A stretch of DNA of 64,000 nt from Candidatus Poribacteria bacterium (GTDB lineage Bacteria > Poribacteria > WGA-4E > WGA-3G), in assembly GCA_965247285.1 (NCBI GenBank), contig CBDFHD010000002.1, positions 1,139,772 to 1,203,771 of the forward strand, written 5' to 3'. Shown here piece by piece: positions 1 to 9,131 of this stretch. Position 1 is the first letter of the stretch. Every line of letters begins with the position of its first letter. Below the pieces are notes generated by a model. The model was not told the origin of the DNA. It ran no database searches and was given only the letters and a program-made list of their open reading frames with translations. Both the position numbers and the translations under genes were made by a program.

Positions 1-124
1 ATCACGCCGAGCAGAGGTAAAAAAATGACTATTGAAAGTAACAAGGAAACCTCCTTTGGGACCAATTGTCTTTCATCAATAGGAATGATTTACTGGTTGC
101 GCTTCCCTCTATTGAATAAATAGA

Positions 125-556
125 TTATCGCTTGAACCAAGTCTTCCAGAGCCACATCGAAGGGAAGAACCAAAAAAGCCAACGATCTTCATCTTTCTGA
201 TGCAATTTGCGTCGGCGTTTTGAAAAATCGTCACGAGGCATTTTACGCTGCCACCAAGATATTAACTTACGATTGAACGTGGAGAGGTCTTTATCTGATC
301 TTCCACAGTTACCCAAAACCCACGCACCCAGTCTGACATCATTGTCAATTTTCACAGCGGCTTCCTGAAAAGCTTCTGCTGAGATACCGAGGAAGGATAA
401 AATCCCCATATCTTGCTTGGAAGCAGCACCGTATTTATAACTTCCGATTTCCCCAGCGTGGGCAGCCCGCGCTTTATCTGTCAACCTTGCGACTCCACAG
501 ATTCCGGCAACCTCTTTGTTAAGCAGATCCCGCGGTCGAAAAGCATTCTGTTCCAT
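125..556 (-). CDS. DUF5069-like hypothetical protein
   Basis: 143-aa ORF. N-terminal half (VARLTDKARAAHAGEIGSYKY...GILSFLGISAEAFQEA) resembles the DUF5069 family from memory. Trp-rich C-terminus is atypical. Confidence 0.4.
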   Translation of the reverse strand: MEQNAFRPRDLLNKEVAGICGVARLTDKARAAHAGEIGSYKYGAASKQDMGILSFLGISAEAFQEAAVKIDNDVRLGAWVLGNCGRSDKDLSTFNRKLISWWQRKMPRDDFSKRRRKLHQKDEDRWLFWFFPSMWLWKTWFKR

Positions 557-662
557 TTTTCAAACTATCAAATCTGTTAACCATCAATCCGCTCTACAGA
601 TATTGCACCCCACTGGGGTGCTTAAAAGGGATTCCTTCTTGAACCCCGTAGGGGTGACATGT

Positions 663-2564
663 CTATAGAAAAAACAGATAGTATGCGAGGAATAACACAA
701 TTCCGAGAACCATTGATACAATATAGGATTGGACAAGTCCTGTCTGGAGGCGTCGCAACGTTCCGCCAATCAAACGGATGATAGATGCCACACCGTTGAC
801 AATCCCATCAATAATGCCGTTATCTACAATCCGCCATAAGAGGAAATGAGAACCGTTTTTAATCGGTTGCACAATGAGTGCGTTATATACCTCATCAACA
901 TAATACTTGTTCGCAAGAAGCTTGTGTAGTGCATTGGTAGGTTCGTCAGATGGTACTCGTTTGCTATAACGTGTCCACGCGAACGCAATACCCGCCAGAC
1001 CGACAACCGATGAAATTGCCATAAACAGAAATACATTACCGGATGCCTCATGGTGCGTCTCTGGAAAAACACTCTTCGTGAAGTCGTGGAACCAACTCTC
1101 ATGTCCACCCCACCCCAACAGCAAGCCAATTAAGGCAGAGGGAATCGCCAGAATCGCCAGCGGCACCCACATGACTGGTGGCGATTCGTGCAGATGCGAA
1201 GCAACTTCGGATTCAACACGAGATCCACCATAAAACGTCACGAAGATCAGGCGGAACATATAAAACGCCGTTAAGAATGCCGTGACTAAACCGATGACGT
1301 AAATAAGAGGCGAACTCCCCCATGCACTGTGTAAGATTTCATCTTTGCTCCAGAATCCGCTTAGAAACGGAAATCCGGCAATGGCAAGCGCACCTACTAA
1401 AAAGGTCCAGTGCGTTATCGGCATCTTTGCCTTTAAGCCGCCCATCTTCCGCATATCCAATTCATTCGCCATCGCGTGCATCACACTACCAGCGGTGAGG
1501 AACATCAGCCCTTTAAAGAAGGCATGCGTTACTAAATGGAAAACGCCAGACGCATAAGCACCAACACCAACACCAAGGAACATGAATCCGAGTTGGCTCA
1601 CAGTGGAATAGGCGAGAATGCGTTTTATATCGTTCTGGGTAAGTGCTATCGTTGCAGCGAAGAACGCAGTCAAAACACCGATCCAAGCGACCACTTCACC
1701 GGTGTGCGCTATGTTATAAAGCACAGCCGAGCGTGCTATCATATATACGCCTGCTGTCACCATTGTAGCGGCGTGAATCAAGGCACTGACAGGTGTAGGA
1801 CCTTCCATTGCGTCCGGGAGCCATACATAGAGCGGAATCTGCGCCGATTTACCTATCGCGCCAACGAAGAGTAGCAAGGTCGCAATTACAAGGGTACTGG
1901 CACCAAAGATTTTCTGAAAATTATCTGCCTCAGCGGCATCAAATATCGATGCGAAATCGAGAGTCCCAAAAGCTGCAAACAGGGTAAACATCCCCAGCAG
2001 AAAACCGAAATCACCGATTCGGTTCACGATGAACGCCTTTTTCCCAGCGTCTATCGCTGACTGCTTTTGGTACCAGAACCCGATCAGTAGGTAGGAACAA
2101 AGTCCGACCCCTTCCCATCCGATGAACATCATCAGATAGTTGTTGCCGAGGACCAAGATTAGCATTGCAAAGATGAACAGGTTCAGATAGGCAAAATAGC
2201 GCGTATATCCTTCATCGCCATGCATGTAGCCGATGGAATAGACGTGGATGAGAAACCCAACACCTGTAATCACTAACAACATCACTGACGTTAGTGCGTC
2301 CACACGGAACCCAATATTGAAAGCGAACGACTCACCTGTAATCCATTCATATAGCGTTTCATCAAACGGGGCAGCACCGCCGTGCAAACTGGCAAAAGCG
2401 ATAATCGAACAGACTAAAGAAACAAGCACTGCAAGCGAACCTATCCACCCGCTCAGTTGCTCGTTACCTTTTAGCCCCTTATTTTCTGAAAGTCCTAATA
2501 ACCCGTTAATCAGAAACCCAACAAGCGGGGCAACTAACAAGACAACAATTAATTCAAGTGACAT
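663..2564 (-). CDS. nuoL: NADH-quinone oxidoreductase subunit L
   Basis: 633-aa polytopic membrane protein with the antiporter-like NuoL/ND5 signature (WLPDAMEGPTPVSALIHAATMVTAGVY). Lies at the end of the nuo cluster. Confidence 0.9.
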   Translation of the reverse strand: MSLELIVVLLVAPLVGFLINGLLGLSENKGLKGNEQLSGWIGSLAVLVSLVCSIIAFASLHGGAAPFDETLYEWITGESFAFNIGFRVDALTSVMLLVITGVGFLIHVYSIGYMHGDEGYTRYFAYLNLFIFAMLILVLGNNYLMMFIGWEGVGLCSYLLIGFWYQKQSAIDAGKKAFIVNRIGDFGFLLGMFTLFAAFGTLDFASIFDAAEADNFQKIFGASTLVIATLLLFVGAIGKSAQIPLYVWLPDAMEGPTPVSALIHAATMVTAGVYMIARSAVLYNIAHTGEVVAWIGVLTAFFAATIALTQNDIKRILAYSTVSQLGFMFLGVGVGAYASGVFHLVTHAFFKGLMFLTAGSVMHAMANELDMRKMGGLKAKMPITHWTFLVGALAIAGFPFLSGFWSKDEILHSAWGSSPLIYVIGLVTAFLTAFYMFRLIFVTFYGGSRVESEVASHLHESPPVMWVPLAILAIPSALIGLLLGWGGHESWFHDFTKSVFPETHHEASGNVFLFMAISSVVGLAGIAFAWTRYSKRVPSDEPTNALHKLLANKYYVDEVYNALIVQPIKNGSHFLLWRIVDNGIIDGIVNGVASIIRLIGGTLRRLQTGLVQSYIVSMVLGIVLFLAYYLFFL

Positions 2565-2754
2565 AATTTTTTAACGATTGGGTTTTCGCTCCCTTTTGGC
2601 GAAGCTTACAAGCCAAAACTTGCTGTTAAAAGCTCCGTTGTCAAAATCGGGTTTTCGTTCCGTTTCAACAACGTGAGTTATGATTAAATTGTTCTGAAGA
2701 ACAAGTGAATAGGAACGGTCATTTTACATCTCATGACTAAATCAAAAGTCCTTG

Positions 2755-3054
2755 CTAACCTTTCAACGAATTAATTTCATCCACATTAACCGTCTGCCGA
2801 TGTTTGAAGACGCTCACAATAATTGCGAGCCCAATCGCGACCTCGGCAGCAGCGACAGTCATCACAAAGAAAACGAATATTTGTCCTGTTGCCTCACCGA
2901 GACTACGACTGATTGCCACAAAAGCGAGATTCGCCGCATTTAGCATCAGTTCAATACACATAAAGATGATAATAGCGTTCCTGCGGACGAGGACCCCGAT
3001 GACTCCCGTTGCAAACAAGAGTGCGCTCAAAATGAGATAATACTCTAATGACAT
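2755..3054 (-). CDS. nuoK: NADH-quinone oxidoreductase subunit K
   Basis: About 100 aa with 3 TM helices from the internal Met ([14 protein letters not shown]...). Start is preceded by AAGGAAAATTAAAAAT on the coding strand. The track ORF extends further upstream, probably spuriously. Confidence 0.85.
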   Translation of the reverse strand: MSLEYYLILSALLFATGVIGVLVRRNAIIIFMCIELMLNAANLAFVAISRSLGEATGQIFVFFVMTVAAAEVAIGLAIIVSVFKHRQTVNVDEINSLKG

Positions 3055-3125
3055 ATTTTTAATTTTCCTTGCGGTTCGGTCAAGTAACTTTGGAACTTTG
3101 ACATTCCGTGGCGTAAACCCGCCTT

Positions 3126-3194
3126 CCAAATGTAAAGCAAAGACAAATTATGCCATTTAAGGCATAATTTCATTACAGGCTACGTTTTTGATGC
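3126..3194. repeat. intercistronic repeat family 'CCAAATGTAAAGCAAAGACAAATT + palindrome'. Copies at 3126-3194, 18078-18150, 12455-12510; partial copies at 8568-8600 and 4980-5012
   Basis: Direct reading. Copies 3126 and 18078 are near-identical over about 70 bp. The palindrome AAATTATGCC-ATTTAA-GGCATAATTT becomes AAATTGTGCT-TTAAT-AGCACAATTT at 12471 and AATGAAAATG-TTTG-CATTTTCATT at 4988. Confidence 0.75.
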
Positions 3195-3223
3195 TATAAA
3201 GATAAACACCTCACCTACTGAAT

Positions 3224-3757
3224 TTAGTTTTCTTCTTGAGCATCGCGTTTTACCAAAACGATAACGCCAATCAACGCCGCCAACAAAATAAGCGAGGTAA
3301 CCTCAAACGGTAGGAGGTACTTGGTGAACAGGAGTTCACCAATGTCATAAGTAGTTGTCGTTATCGCTCCGGTCGCAGGCACTGCCGATGCCACTGCGGT
3401 GTTGTTGGGCGAATTCACTGCGATATAGATGCCTTCGGCGGCAAGAAGGATGCCTAAAATAATAGCGAATCCCTTGAGTTTCCCCCCAAGAGCCCCTTTC
3501 ACCGAGAGTGTACCCAAGTTCAGGAGCATAATCACAAAGAGAAACAGGACCATGATCGCGCCAGCATAGACAATTACTTGTACAGCCGCAACGAAATGTG
3601 CACCGAGCAGGACAAAAAGCCCCGCTTGTGCGAAAAACGTTACAATAAGCGAAAGCGCGCTATAAATCGGATGTCGAAACGAGATTACAGCAATCGCGCC
3701 AATCAGCGAGACCGCTCCAAAGAGAATAAATAGAATCTGTTCTGCATTCATCAGCAT
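3224..3757 (-). CDS. nuoJ: NADH-quinone oxidoreductase subunit J
   Basis: 177-aa membrane protein with NuoJ motif IVYAGAIMVLFLFVIMLLNLG. Not NuoI, since it has no Cys clusters. Confidence 0.85.
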   Translation of the reverse strand: MLMNAEQILFILFGAVSLIGAIAVISFRHPIYSALSLIVTFFAQAGLFVLLGAHFVAAVQVIVYAGAIMVLFLFVIMLLNLGTLSVKGALGGKLKGFAIILGILLAAEGIYIAVNSPNNTAVASAVPATGAITTTTYDIGELLFTKYLLPFEVTSLILLAALIGVIVLVKRDAQEEN

Positions 3758-3767
3758 GCCTCCTATT

Positions 3768-4949
3768 CTATTGCGTCGAGAGCGGTTGATGTGAGTTCTC
3801 GTCGCTATCCTGGATTGCAGGCTTAGGGGTCTTCATCACAAGCAGTCCTGCGACAATAGATACAACAATAAACGCGGAAACCACATTGCCGATCCCCACG
3901 ATCAGACGAGAGCCGGTCATTATCCATAAAGTGCCGGTTACGACGATTGAACTTAAGGCGACAGGCAATAGGTATTTCCAACCGAGGTTCATAAGTTGGT
4001 CATAGCGGAACCGAGGAAGTGTCCAGCGAACCCAAATAAACACGAATAGGAATATCGCCGTTTTGACGAAGAAAATACCAAACGAGATGAGTCCACTCCA
4101 GACGGGGCCACCGATATTCTCCAATCCGAAGAAGTGCCATCCACCTAAGAAGAGTGTCACCACTACAGTGGATCCAACAATCATGTTCATGTATTCTGCC
4201 ATGAAGAACATCGCGAATTTCATACTGCTGTATTCGGTGTGATATCCGGCAACAAGTTCCTGTTCCGCTTCGGCAAGGTCAAAAGGCAATCGATTTGTTT
4301 CCGCAAACATTGCCGTTGTAAATGCCAGGAATGCGGGGAAGTGAATCAGAAAATTCCAATGCCACGGATATGAACCTTGTGCCATTGCAATCTCACGAAG
4401 GCTGAGAGAACTCGTTAGCATCAGTACGCCGATGATTGCTAATCCGAGCGTTAGCTCGTAACTAATCATCTGCGCAGATGAACGTAAACCGCCCAAGAGC
4501 GAATACTTGTTATTAGATGCCCATGCCCCAAGCACGACCCCGTAGACACCGAGGGAGGTTACCGCCAAAACATACAGAATACCGATGTTGATATCCGCAA
4601 TCTGGAGCGGTATTTCGTTTCCCAATATCGTGATAGAACTCCCAAATGGCACGACTGCAATCGTAACCATCGCAGGCACCAAGAGCATCGCGGGAGCAAG
4701 CACATAGAGCGGCTTATCCACGTGATCCGGAATAAGATCTTCTTTAAAGAGGAACTTTAACCCGTCAGCAATTGGTTGTAGAATCCCTTGGAAACCGACG
4801 CGATTCGGTCCCAATCGATCCTGCATCCATCCGCTCACCCGACGTTCCGCCCAAATCATTGCCATCACACCAATAAGCAGGAGATGTACGATGATGAGAA
4901 TCTTGCCGATTGAACTGAGGAAGAAAACGAGAAGTTGTGAATTTTCCAT
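3768..4949 (-). CDS. nuoH: NADH-quinone oxidoreductase subunit H
   Basis: 393-aa polytopic membrane protein with NuoH/ND1-like conserved stretches (RRVSGWMQDRLGPNRVG, AFTTAMFAETNRLPFDLAEAEQELVAGYHTEYS). Confidence 0.9.
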   Translation of the reverse strand: MENSQLLVFFLSSIGKILIIVHLLLIGVMAMIWAERRVSGWMQDRLGPNRVGFQGILQPIADGLKFLFKEDLIPDHVDKPLYVLAPAMLLVPAMVTIAVVPFGSSITILGNEIPLQIADINIGILYVLAVTSLGVYGVVLGAWASNNKYSLLGGLRSSAQMISYELTLGLAIIGVLMLTSSLSLREIAMAQGSYPWHWNFLIHFPAFLAFTTAMFAETNRLPFDLAEAEQELVAGYHTEYSSMKFAMFFMAEYMNMIVGSTVVVTLFLGGWHFFGLENIGGPVWSGLISFGIFFVKTAIFLFVFIWVRWTLPRFRYDQLMNLGWKYLLPVALSSIVVTGTLWIMTGSRLIVGIGNVVSAFIVVSIVAGLLVMKTPKPAIQDSDENSHQPLSTQ

Positions 4950-5129
4950 TTTTTTAACTATGGGCCGGCGCGCATCGTTCCAAATGTAATGAAAATGTTT
5001 GCATTTTCATTTATTGTCTCCTGACAGGTTTCTGGTGCGTTTCCGACGTTTCCTTTCTATGAAGGGTTTTAAGATATCTACATCCGAAGTTTCTTCTTGT
5101 TCGTAACTCTGGTTATTGAGCCTACAGGC

Positions 5130-6779
5130 TTAGGTTAGCTTGATTCCCGCATCCCCAATTTTTTGATGCGTGGTATCACCATATCCTGGGACACTCTCCG
5201 CAATTGCAAGGGCAATCTCACCGGCAAAATGGTAGTTCATCTCACCGCCCAACTGCTTGGCAAGCTGCTGCGTAATTTCCCAATCCGCACGCGCTTCACC
5301 GGGTGGGTCAACCGCCTTACGAATCCGCTGCACCCAACCTGTCGAATTAGTGAAGGTGCCATCTTTCTCGGCGAAGGTTGTTCCCGGTAGAACCACATCT
5401 GCTAACTGTGTGACTTCTGAGGGCAAAACGTCTTGCACGATAAGGAAATCAACACTTTCCAACGCCGCTTTTTCAGCATCTTCAAGAGGACGCTCAGGTC
5501 CACCGCTAACGAGATAAACGACTTTCGCGCCCGATACTTTCTCCCAAAGCGCGTCACCTTCTAAAACGACGTTACCATTCGCAGAACCGAGTATCGTTCG
5601 TGCCCCTGCCATGTTAGGGTTTTTGTCGGCTTCAATCGTAAACTGAGGGAACTTGTGTTCTTCACCGGGCAACTGTCCAAAGAGTCCCAACTGCGTTGTT
5701 TTCAGCACACCATGTGCGAACTGTTGTAAAACGTAATTGTCTTCATTTGTACCCTGTGCAGAGCCGATAACAACAATGTCCTCAGTTTCTATTTCCGACA
5801 ATTTTTCTGTAATTACCGCTAAGGCATCTGCCCAATGTGTTGGAGTGAGTTCGTCATCAACCCGTTTCATCGGAAGTTGGAGTCGGTCATCGCTGTTCAC
5901 ATAGTGGTAACCCAGGCGACCATCGTCACACATCCAATGTTGGTTAATATCTTCGTGGAAGCGCGGCTTGATCCTGTACACGCCATCGGCTTTATATTCT
6001 ACGGTGATATTGCAACCGACACTACACCCCGAGCAAACGCTGTTCGCTTTCTCTAAGAACCACGGACGAGACTTGAACAAGAAATCCTTGCTAGTCAATG
6101 CCCCGACGGGACAAATATCAACAACATTGCCTGCCAATTTGTTATCCAGTACCTGCAAGGGAACACCTTCATGGCTTCGTGGAATATCAATTTCATCGTG
6201 GGAGCCGCGGTGAACTAAGCCTAATTCGCCCGTTCCGGAAACCTCTTCCGCGAATCGAATACACCGGGTGCAGACAATGCAGCGCGTTGTGTAAAGCAGC
6301 ACATCGGGTCCTAAGTCTTTCTTGGGTGGAACATTTTTGACCTCAAGATAACGACTCTTATCGCGTCCGTGTCGATGCGAGTAGTCTTGAAGATCACACT
6401 CGCCTGCCTGATCACAGACGGGACAGTCAAGGGGATGATGAACAAGCAAAAATTCGAGTATATCCTCGCGCGCCTTTTTGACCCGTGGACTATCCGTCCG
6501 AACAATAAAGTCGTACTTTCCGTCAAGTTTCCTATCAGGTGGTGCTGTTCTAAGCACCGTCGTACACCCGGTTGCGAGTTGCCGATCCGGGACGATTGCA
6601 CCAGCAGGTGGGAAGAAAACGTGTGGCTCAACGAGACACATTCTGCAATTCGCTGGACTGCTCAACCCTGGGTGATAACAGTAGTGAGGGACTTCAATAC
6701 CGTGTTCCCTTGCTGCCTCGACTACATTCGTTCCATCTTCAACCTCTACCTCGAGGTCATCTAATTTAATAAATGCCAT
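5130..6779 (-). CDS. nuoG: NADH-quinone oxidoreductase subunit G (short form)
   Basis: N-terminal 2Fe-2S motif (CYHPGLSSPANCRMCLVE) and His(Cys)3 4Fe-4S motif (HPLDCPVCDQAGECDLQ). At 549 aa it is shorter than E. coli NuoG. Confidence 0.85.
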   Translation of the reverse strand: MAFIKLDDLEVEVEDGTNVVEAAREHGIEVPHYCYHPGLSSPANCRMCLVEPHVFFPPAGAIVPDRQLATGCTTVLRTAPPDRKLDGKYDFIVRTDSPRVKKAREDILEFLLVHHPLDCPVCDQAGECDLQDYSHRHGRDKSRYLEVKNVPPKKDLGPDVLLYTTRCIVCTRCIRFAEEVSGTGELGLVHRGSHDEIDIPRSHEGVPLQVLDNKLAGNVVDICPVGALTSKDFLFKSRPWFLEKANSVCSGCSVGCNITVEYKADGVYRIKPRFHEDINQHWMCDDGRLGYHYVNSDDRLQLPMKRVDDELTPTHWADALAVITEKLSEIETEDIVVIGSAQGTNEDNYVLQQFAHGVLKTTQLGLFGQLPGEEHKFPQFTIEADKNPNMAGARTILGSANGNVVLEGDALWEKVSGAKVVYLVSGGPERPLEDAEKAALESVDFLIVQDVLPSEVTQLADVVLPGTTFAEKDGTFTNSTGWVQRIRKAVDPPGEARADWEITQQLAKQLGGEMNYHFAGEIALAIAESVPGYGDTTHQKIGDAGIKLT

Positions 6780-6883
6780 CTTTTAATTTTCCTTTTTCTA
6801 ATTTTCCTTGCGGAGAAACAACGTGGGTTAGAACTATCCGCTGCCTTTCCTTAAATCCGCTCTCCATTTCATTACGAGCTACG
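6780..6883. repeat. about 100-bp leader repeat 'TTTTAATTTTCCTTGCGGAGAAAC(A/G)ACGTG(G/A)GTTA...', second full copy at 26580-26682. Its start-proximal 20-mer recurs at 3058-3077 and (duplicated, opposite strand) 50881-50917
   Basis: Direct alignment of 6780-6883 with 26580-26682, about 80 percent identical. All copies abut a start codon (nuoG, amidohydrolase, nuoK, comD-like). They supply AAGGAAAATTAAAA as the RBS. Confidence 0.7.
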
Positions 6884-7023
6884 GTTTTTGGTTTCATCTT
6901 TAACGCCTGTAACTGAAAACGGCAGCTTGCATTCTCACTGCGAAGCAGGCGCAAGCGGGTCTACGTAAAGGCACGCTATTCATCAAACCGAACTGACCGA
7001 ACCACAAGGAACAATTAAAAAAC

Positions 7024-8508
7024 CTACAGGTCAGCGAACTCTTTCGGAACAAATCGCTGTTGATACGCGTAATTTTCCTCCGGTGGTACAGTCGCCTCAG
7101 CAACCGGTAGGGTGACGAGTTTACCTTCTCGGAGGGCGGCTTCAAATTCGGGGCGGAACTTACGCATATAACTCACGGCGGGCCAGGAAACAGCGATGCC
7201 AAAAACACAAATCGTATTCCAGGTCATCGTATCCACATTCGCGATGTTATTGGCGACACTTTCCAGCAAATCTAAGTCTTCGTAGATTTCTTCTGTCTCA
7301 CCGGTATCGCCCCATCTACCATTTGCAGCGACACCGAATTTGGGGCGCATAATAGTGCTTTTTTGCCCGTTTCCGTCGGCAATCCGTTGGACAATATCTC
7401 GCACCCACGGGGTCCCCCAGCGGCACGGTGTGCACTGTCCACAAGATTCGTGCGCGTAGAACTTCATGATATTGAGCAGGCAATCGACGATATTCCGAGT
7501 CTCGTTCATGACAATGATGCCACCGGAACCGAGCATCGATTTGGCAAGCGTGAGTGCAGTAAAATCGAGTCGTGTGTCCAACTCATAATGCGTTAAAATC
7601 GGTGCAGAACTACCACCGGGTATAACTGCTTTCACCTCTTCGCCGCGCAGTCCACCTGCAACTTCAATAAGTTCTGAACATGTCAAGCCGAGCTCAAGTT
7701 CATAAACGCCGGGTTCGTTAACATCACCACTGATGCAATAAAGCTTCGTGCCCGTGTTGGGGTCGGGTGTCGGCGGATCAGACCGCGTATCGGCATACGT
7801 TGGTCCCATTTGGGTGTACCATTCAACGCCGTTGCCAACGATAAAAGGCAGGTTACACAATGTCTCAACATTCTGTACCACGGTTGGCTTTCCAAACACA
7901 CCTGCAACAGCAGGGAACGGGGGTTTGTTCCGAGGTTGCCCACGTTTCCCTTCAAGCGATTCAATGAGTCCCGTCTCCTCGCCACAGATATAGGCACCGG
8001 CTCCTGGGTGTGAATAGATGTCAACGTTGAGTCCTGTACCACGAATGTCTTTGCCGAGGTATCCCTTTTCGTATGCCTCCTTGATAGCGGCATCCAACAT
8101 CTTTTTCCCAAGGGTGAATTCACCCCGAATGTAGATATAAGCTGTCTCGATACCCATTGCATAGCAGCAAATCAGGATGCCTTCAATCAATAGGTGTGGA
8201 TTCTTTTCCAAAACGTAGCGGTTACTGAACGTTCCTGGCTCACTTTCGTCAGCGTTGCAACAGAGGTAACACGGCTTTATATCTTTCGGAACGAAACTCC
8301 ATTTCAAGCCCGTCGAGAATCCGGCACCGCCCCTACCTTTCAACCCGGAATCCATCACCATTTTAGCGATATCGTCTGGTTGATATTCCGCAATTGCCTT
8401 TTCAAAACGGGCGTAGCCGTCGTATTGCCGAAAGACATCGAACGTGTTAATATCAGGTACATCCAGATGCTCGTAGAGAATTCGTCTTTCTTGAATTTTT
8501 TTAATCAT
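7024..8508 (-). CDS. nuoF: NADH-quinone oxidoreductase subunit F
   Basis: 494 aa with the NADH/FMN-binding 51-kDa subunit signature (GRGGAGFSTGLKW, ESCGQCTPCR). Confidence 0.9.
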   Translation of the reverse strand: MIKKIQERRILYEHLDVPDINTFDVFRQYDGYARFEKAIAEYQPDDIAKMVMDSGLKGRGGAGFSTGLKWSFVPKDIKPCYLCCNADESEPGTFSNRYVLEKNPHLLIEGILICCYAMGIETAYIYIRGEFTLGKKMLDAAIKEAYEKGYLGKDIRGTGLNVDIYSHPGAGAYICGEETGLIESLEGKRGQPRNKPPFPAVAGVFGKPTVVQNVETLCNLPFIVGNGVEWYTQMGPTYADTRSDPPTPDPNTGTKLYCISGDVNEPGVYELELGLTCSELIEVAGGLRGEEVKAVIPGGSSAPILTHYELDTRLDFTALTLAKSMLGSGGIIVMNETRNIVDCLLNIMKFYAHESCGQCTPCRWGTPWVRDIVQRIADGNGQKSTIMRPKFGVAANGRWGDTGETEEIYEDLDLLESVANNIANVDTMTWNTICVFGIAVSWPAVSYMRKFRPEFEAALREGKLVTLPVAEATVPPEENYAYQQRFVPKEFADL

Positions 8509-8606
8509 GCGGGTTTTCGCTCCGATTTTTCCGTTGTCAAAATCGGGTCTTCGATGAATTTGAACAACAAATGTAAAGCAAACTGTGTGCTAATAGCAAC
8601 CTCTGC

Positions 8607-9131
8607 TTATGCTTCAAGTTTTGCTAAAAGTTCATCAACCTTTTCCGGGGTTAAATTTTTATATAAATCGTCATTCACCATGATAACAGGAGCGACATCG
8701 CACGAGGCGAGACATTCCACTTTCATGAGCGTGAACTTACCGTCAGCAGTTGTGCCTTTCGCGAGATTGGTTTCAGAGGCAACATCCGTATCCAACTTCG
8801 ACTTGAGATAGTCCAAAACAACCTTGCAATCCCGTAGGGCACAAGGTAGCGTATAACATACCCGAATGACGTACTCGCCTACCGGTTCTTCAAAAAACAT
8901 TGGGTAGAAGGTGACGACATCTTTAACTTTCATCACGGTGACTTCAAGTTGTTCAGCGACATACTTCATAACGGCAGGACTAATGTAGCCTGCCTGCCTC
9001 TGTGCGATATGGAGCGTCGGAAGCATTGCCGCTTCCTTAGTCGGATATCGCCCTATCAACTCGTCGAGTTCACGTTGGTTTTCTTCATTAAACGCGAAAG
9101 GCGTTTCGATTTGAATGCGTTCATCTGACAT
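8607..9131 (-). CDS. nuoE: NADH-quinone oxidoreductase subunit E
   Basis: Thioredoxin-like 2Fe-2S 24-kDa subunit (CLASCDVAPVIMVND). Start chosen at internal MSDERIQ. The 5' extension in the track overlaps an intergenic IR element. Confidence 0.8.
   Translation of the reverse strand: MSDERIQIETPFAFNEENQRELDELIGRYPTKEAAMLPTLHIAQRQAGYISPAVMKYVAEQLEVTVMKVKDVVTFYPMFFEEPVGEYVIRVCYTLPCALRDCKVVLDYLKSKLDTDVASETNLAKGTTADGKFTLMKVECLASCDVAPVIMVNDDLYKNLTPEKVDELLAKLEA

Noticed and set aside
584-769. 61-aa ORF overlapping the 3' end of nuoL
   Set aside because: It is embedded in and antisense-overlapping the NuoL coding region, with no motif or RBS support. Likely a shadow ORF.
5163-6764. Numerous 60-130-aa plus-strand ORFs inside nuoG, plus similar ones inside gcvP, infB, pnp and the RM gene
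   Set aside because: They are antisense to well-supported long genes and are low-complexity translations. Typical shadow ORFs.
5130-6779. nuoG as a truncated pseudogene, because it is about 350 aa shorter than E. coli NuoG
   Set aside because: The ORF is continuous and retains all N-terminal Fe-S motifs. Short NuoG forms lacking the C-terminal extension are known. Treated as intact.
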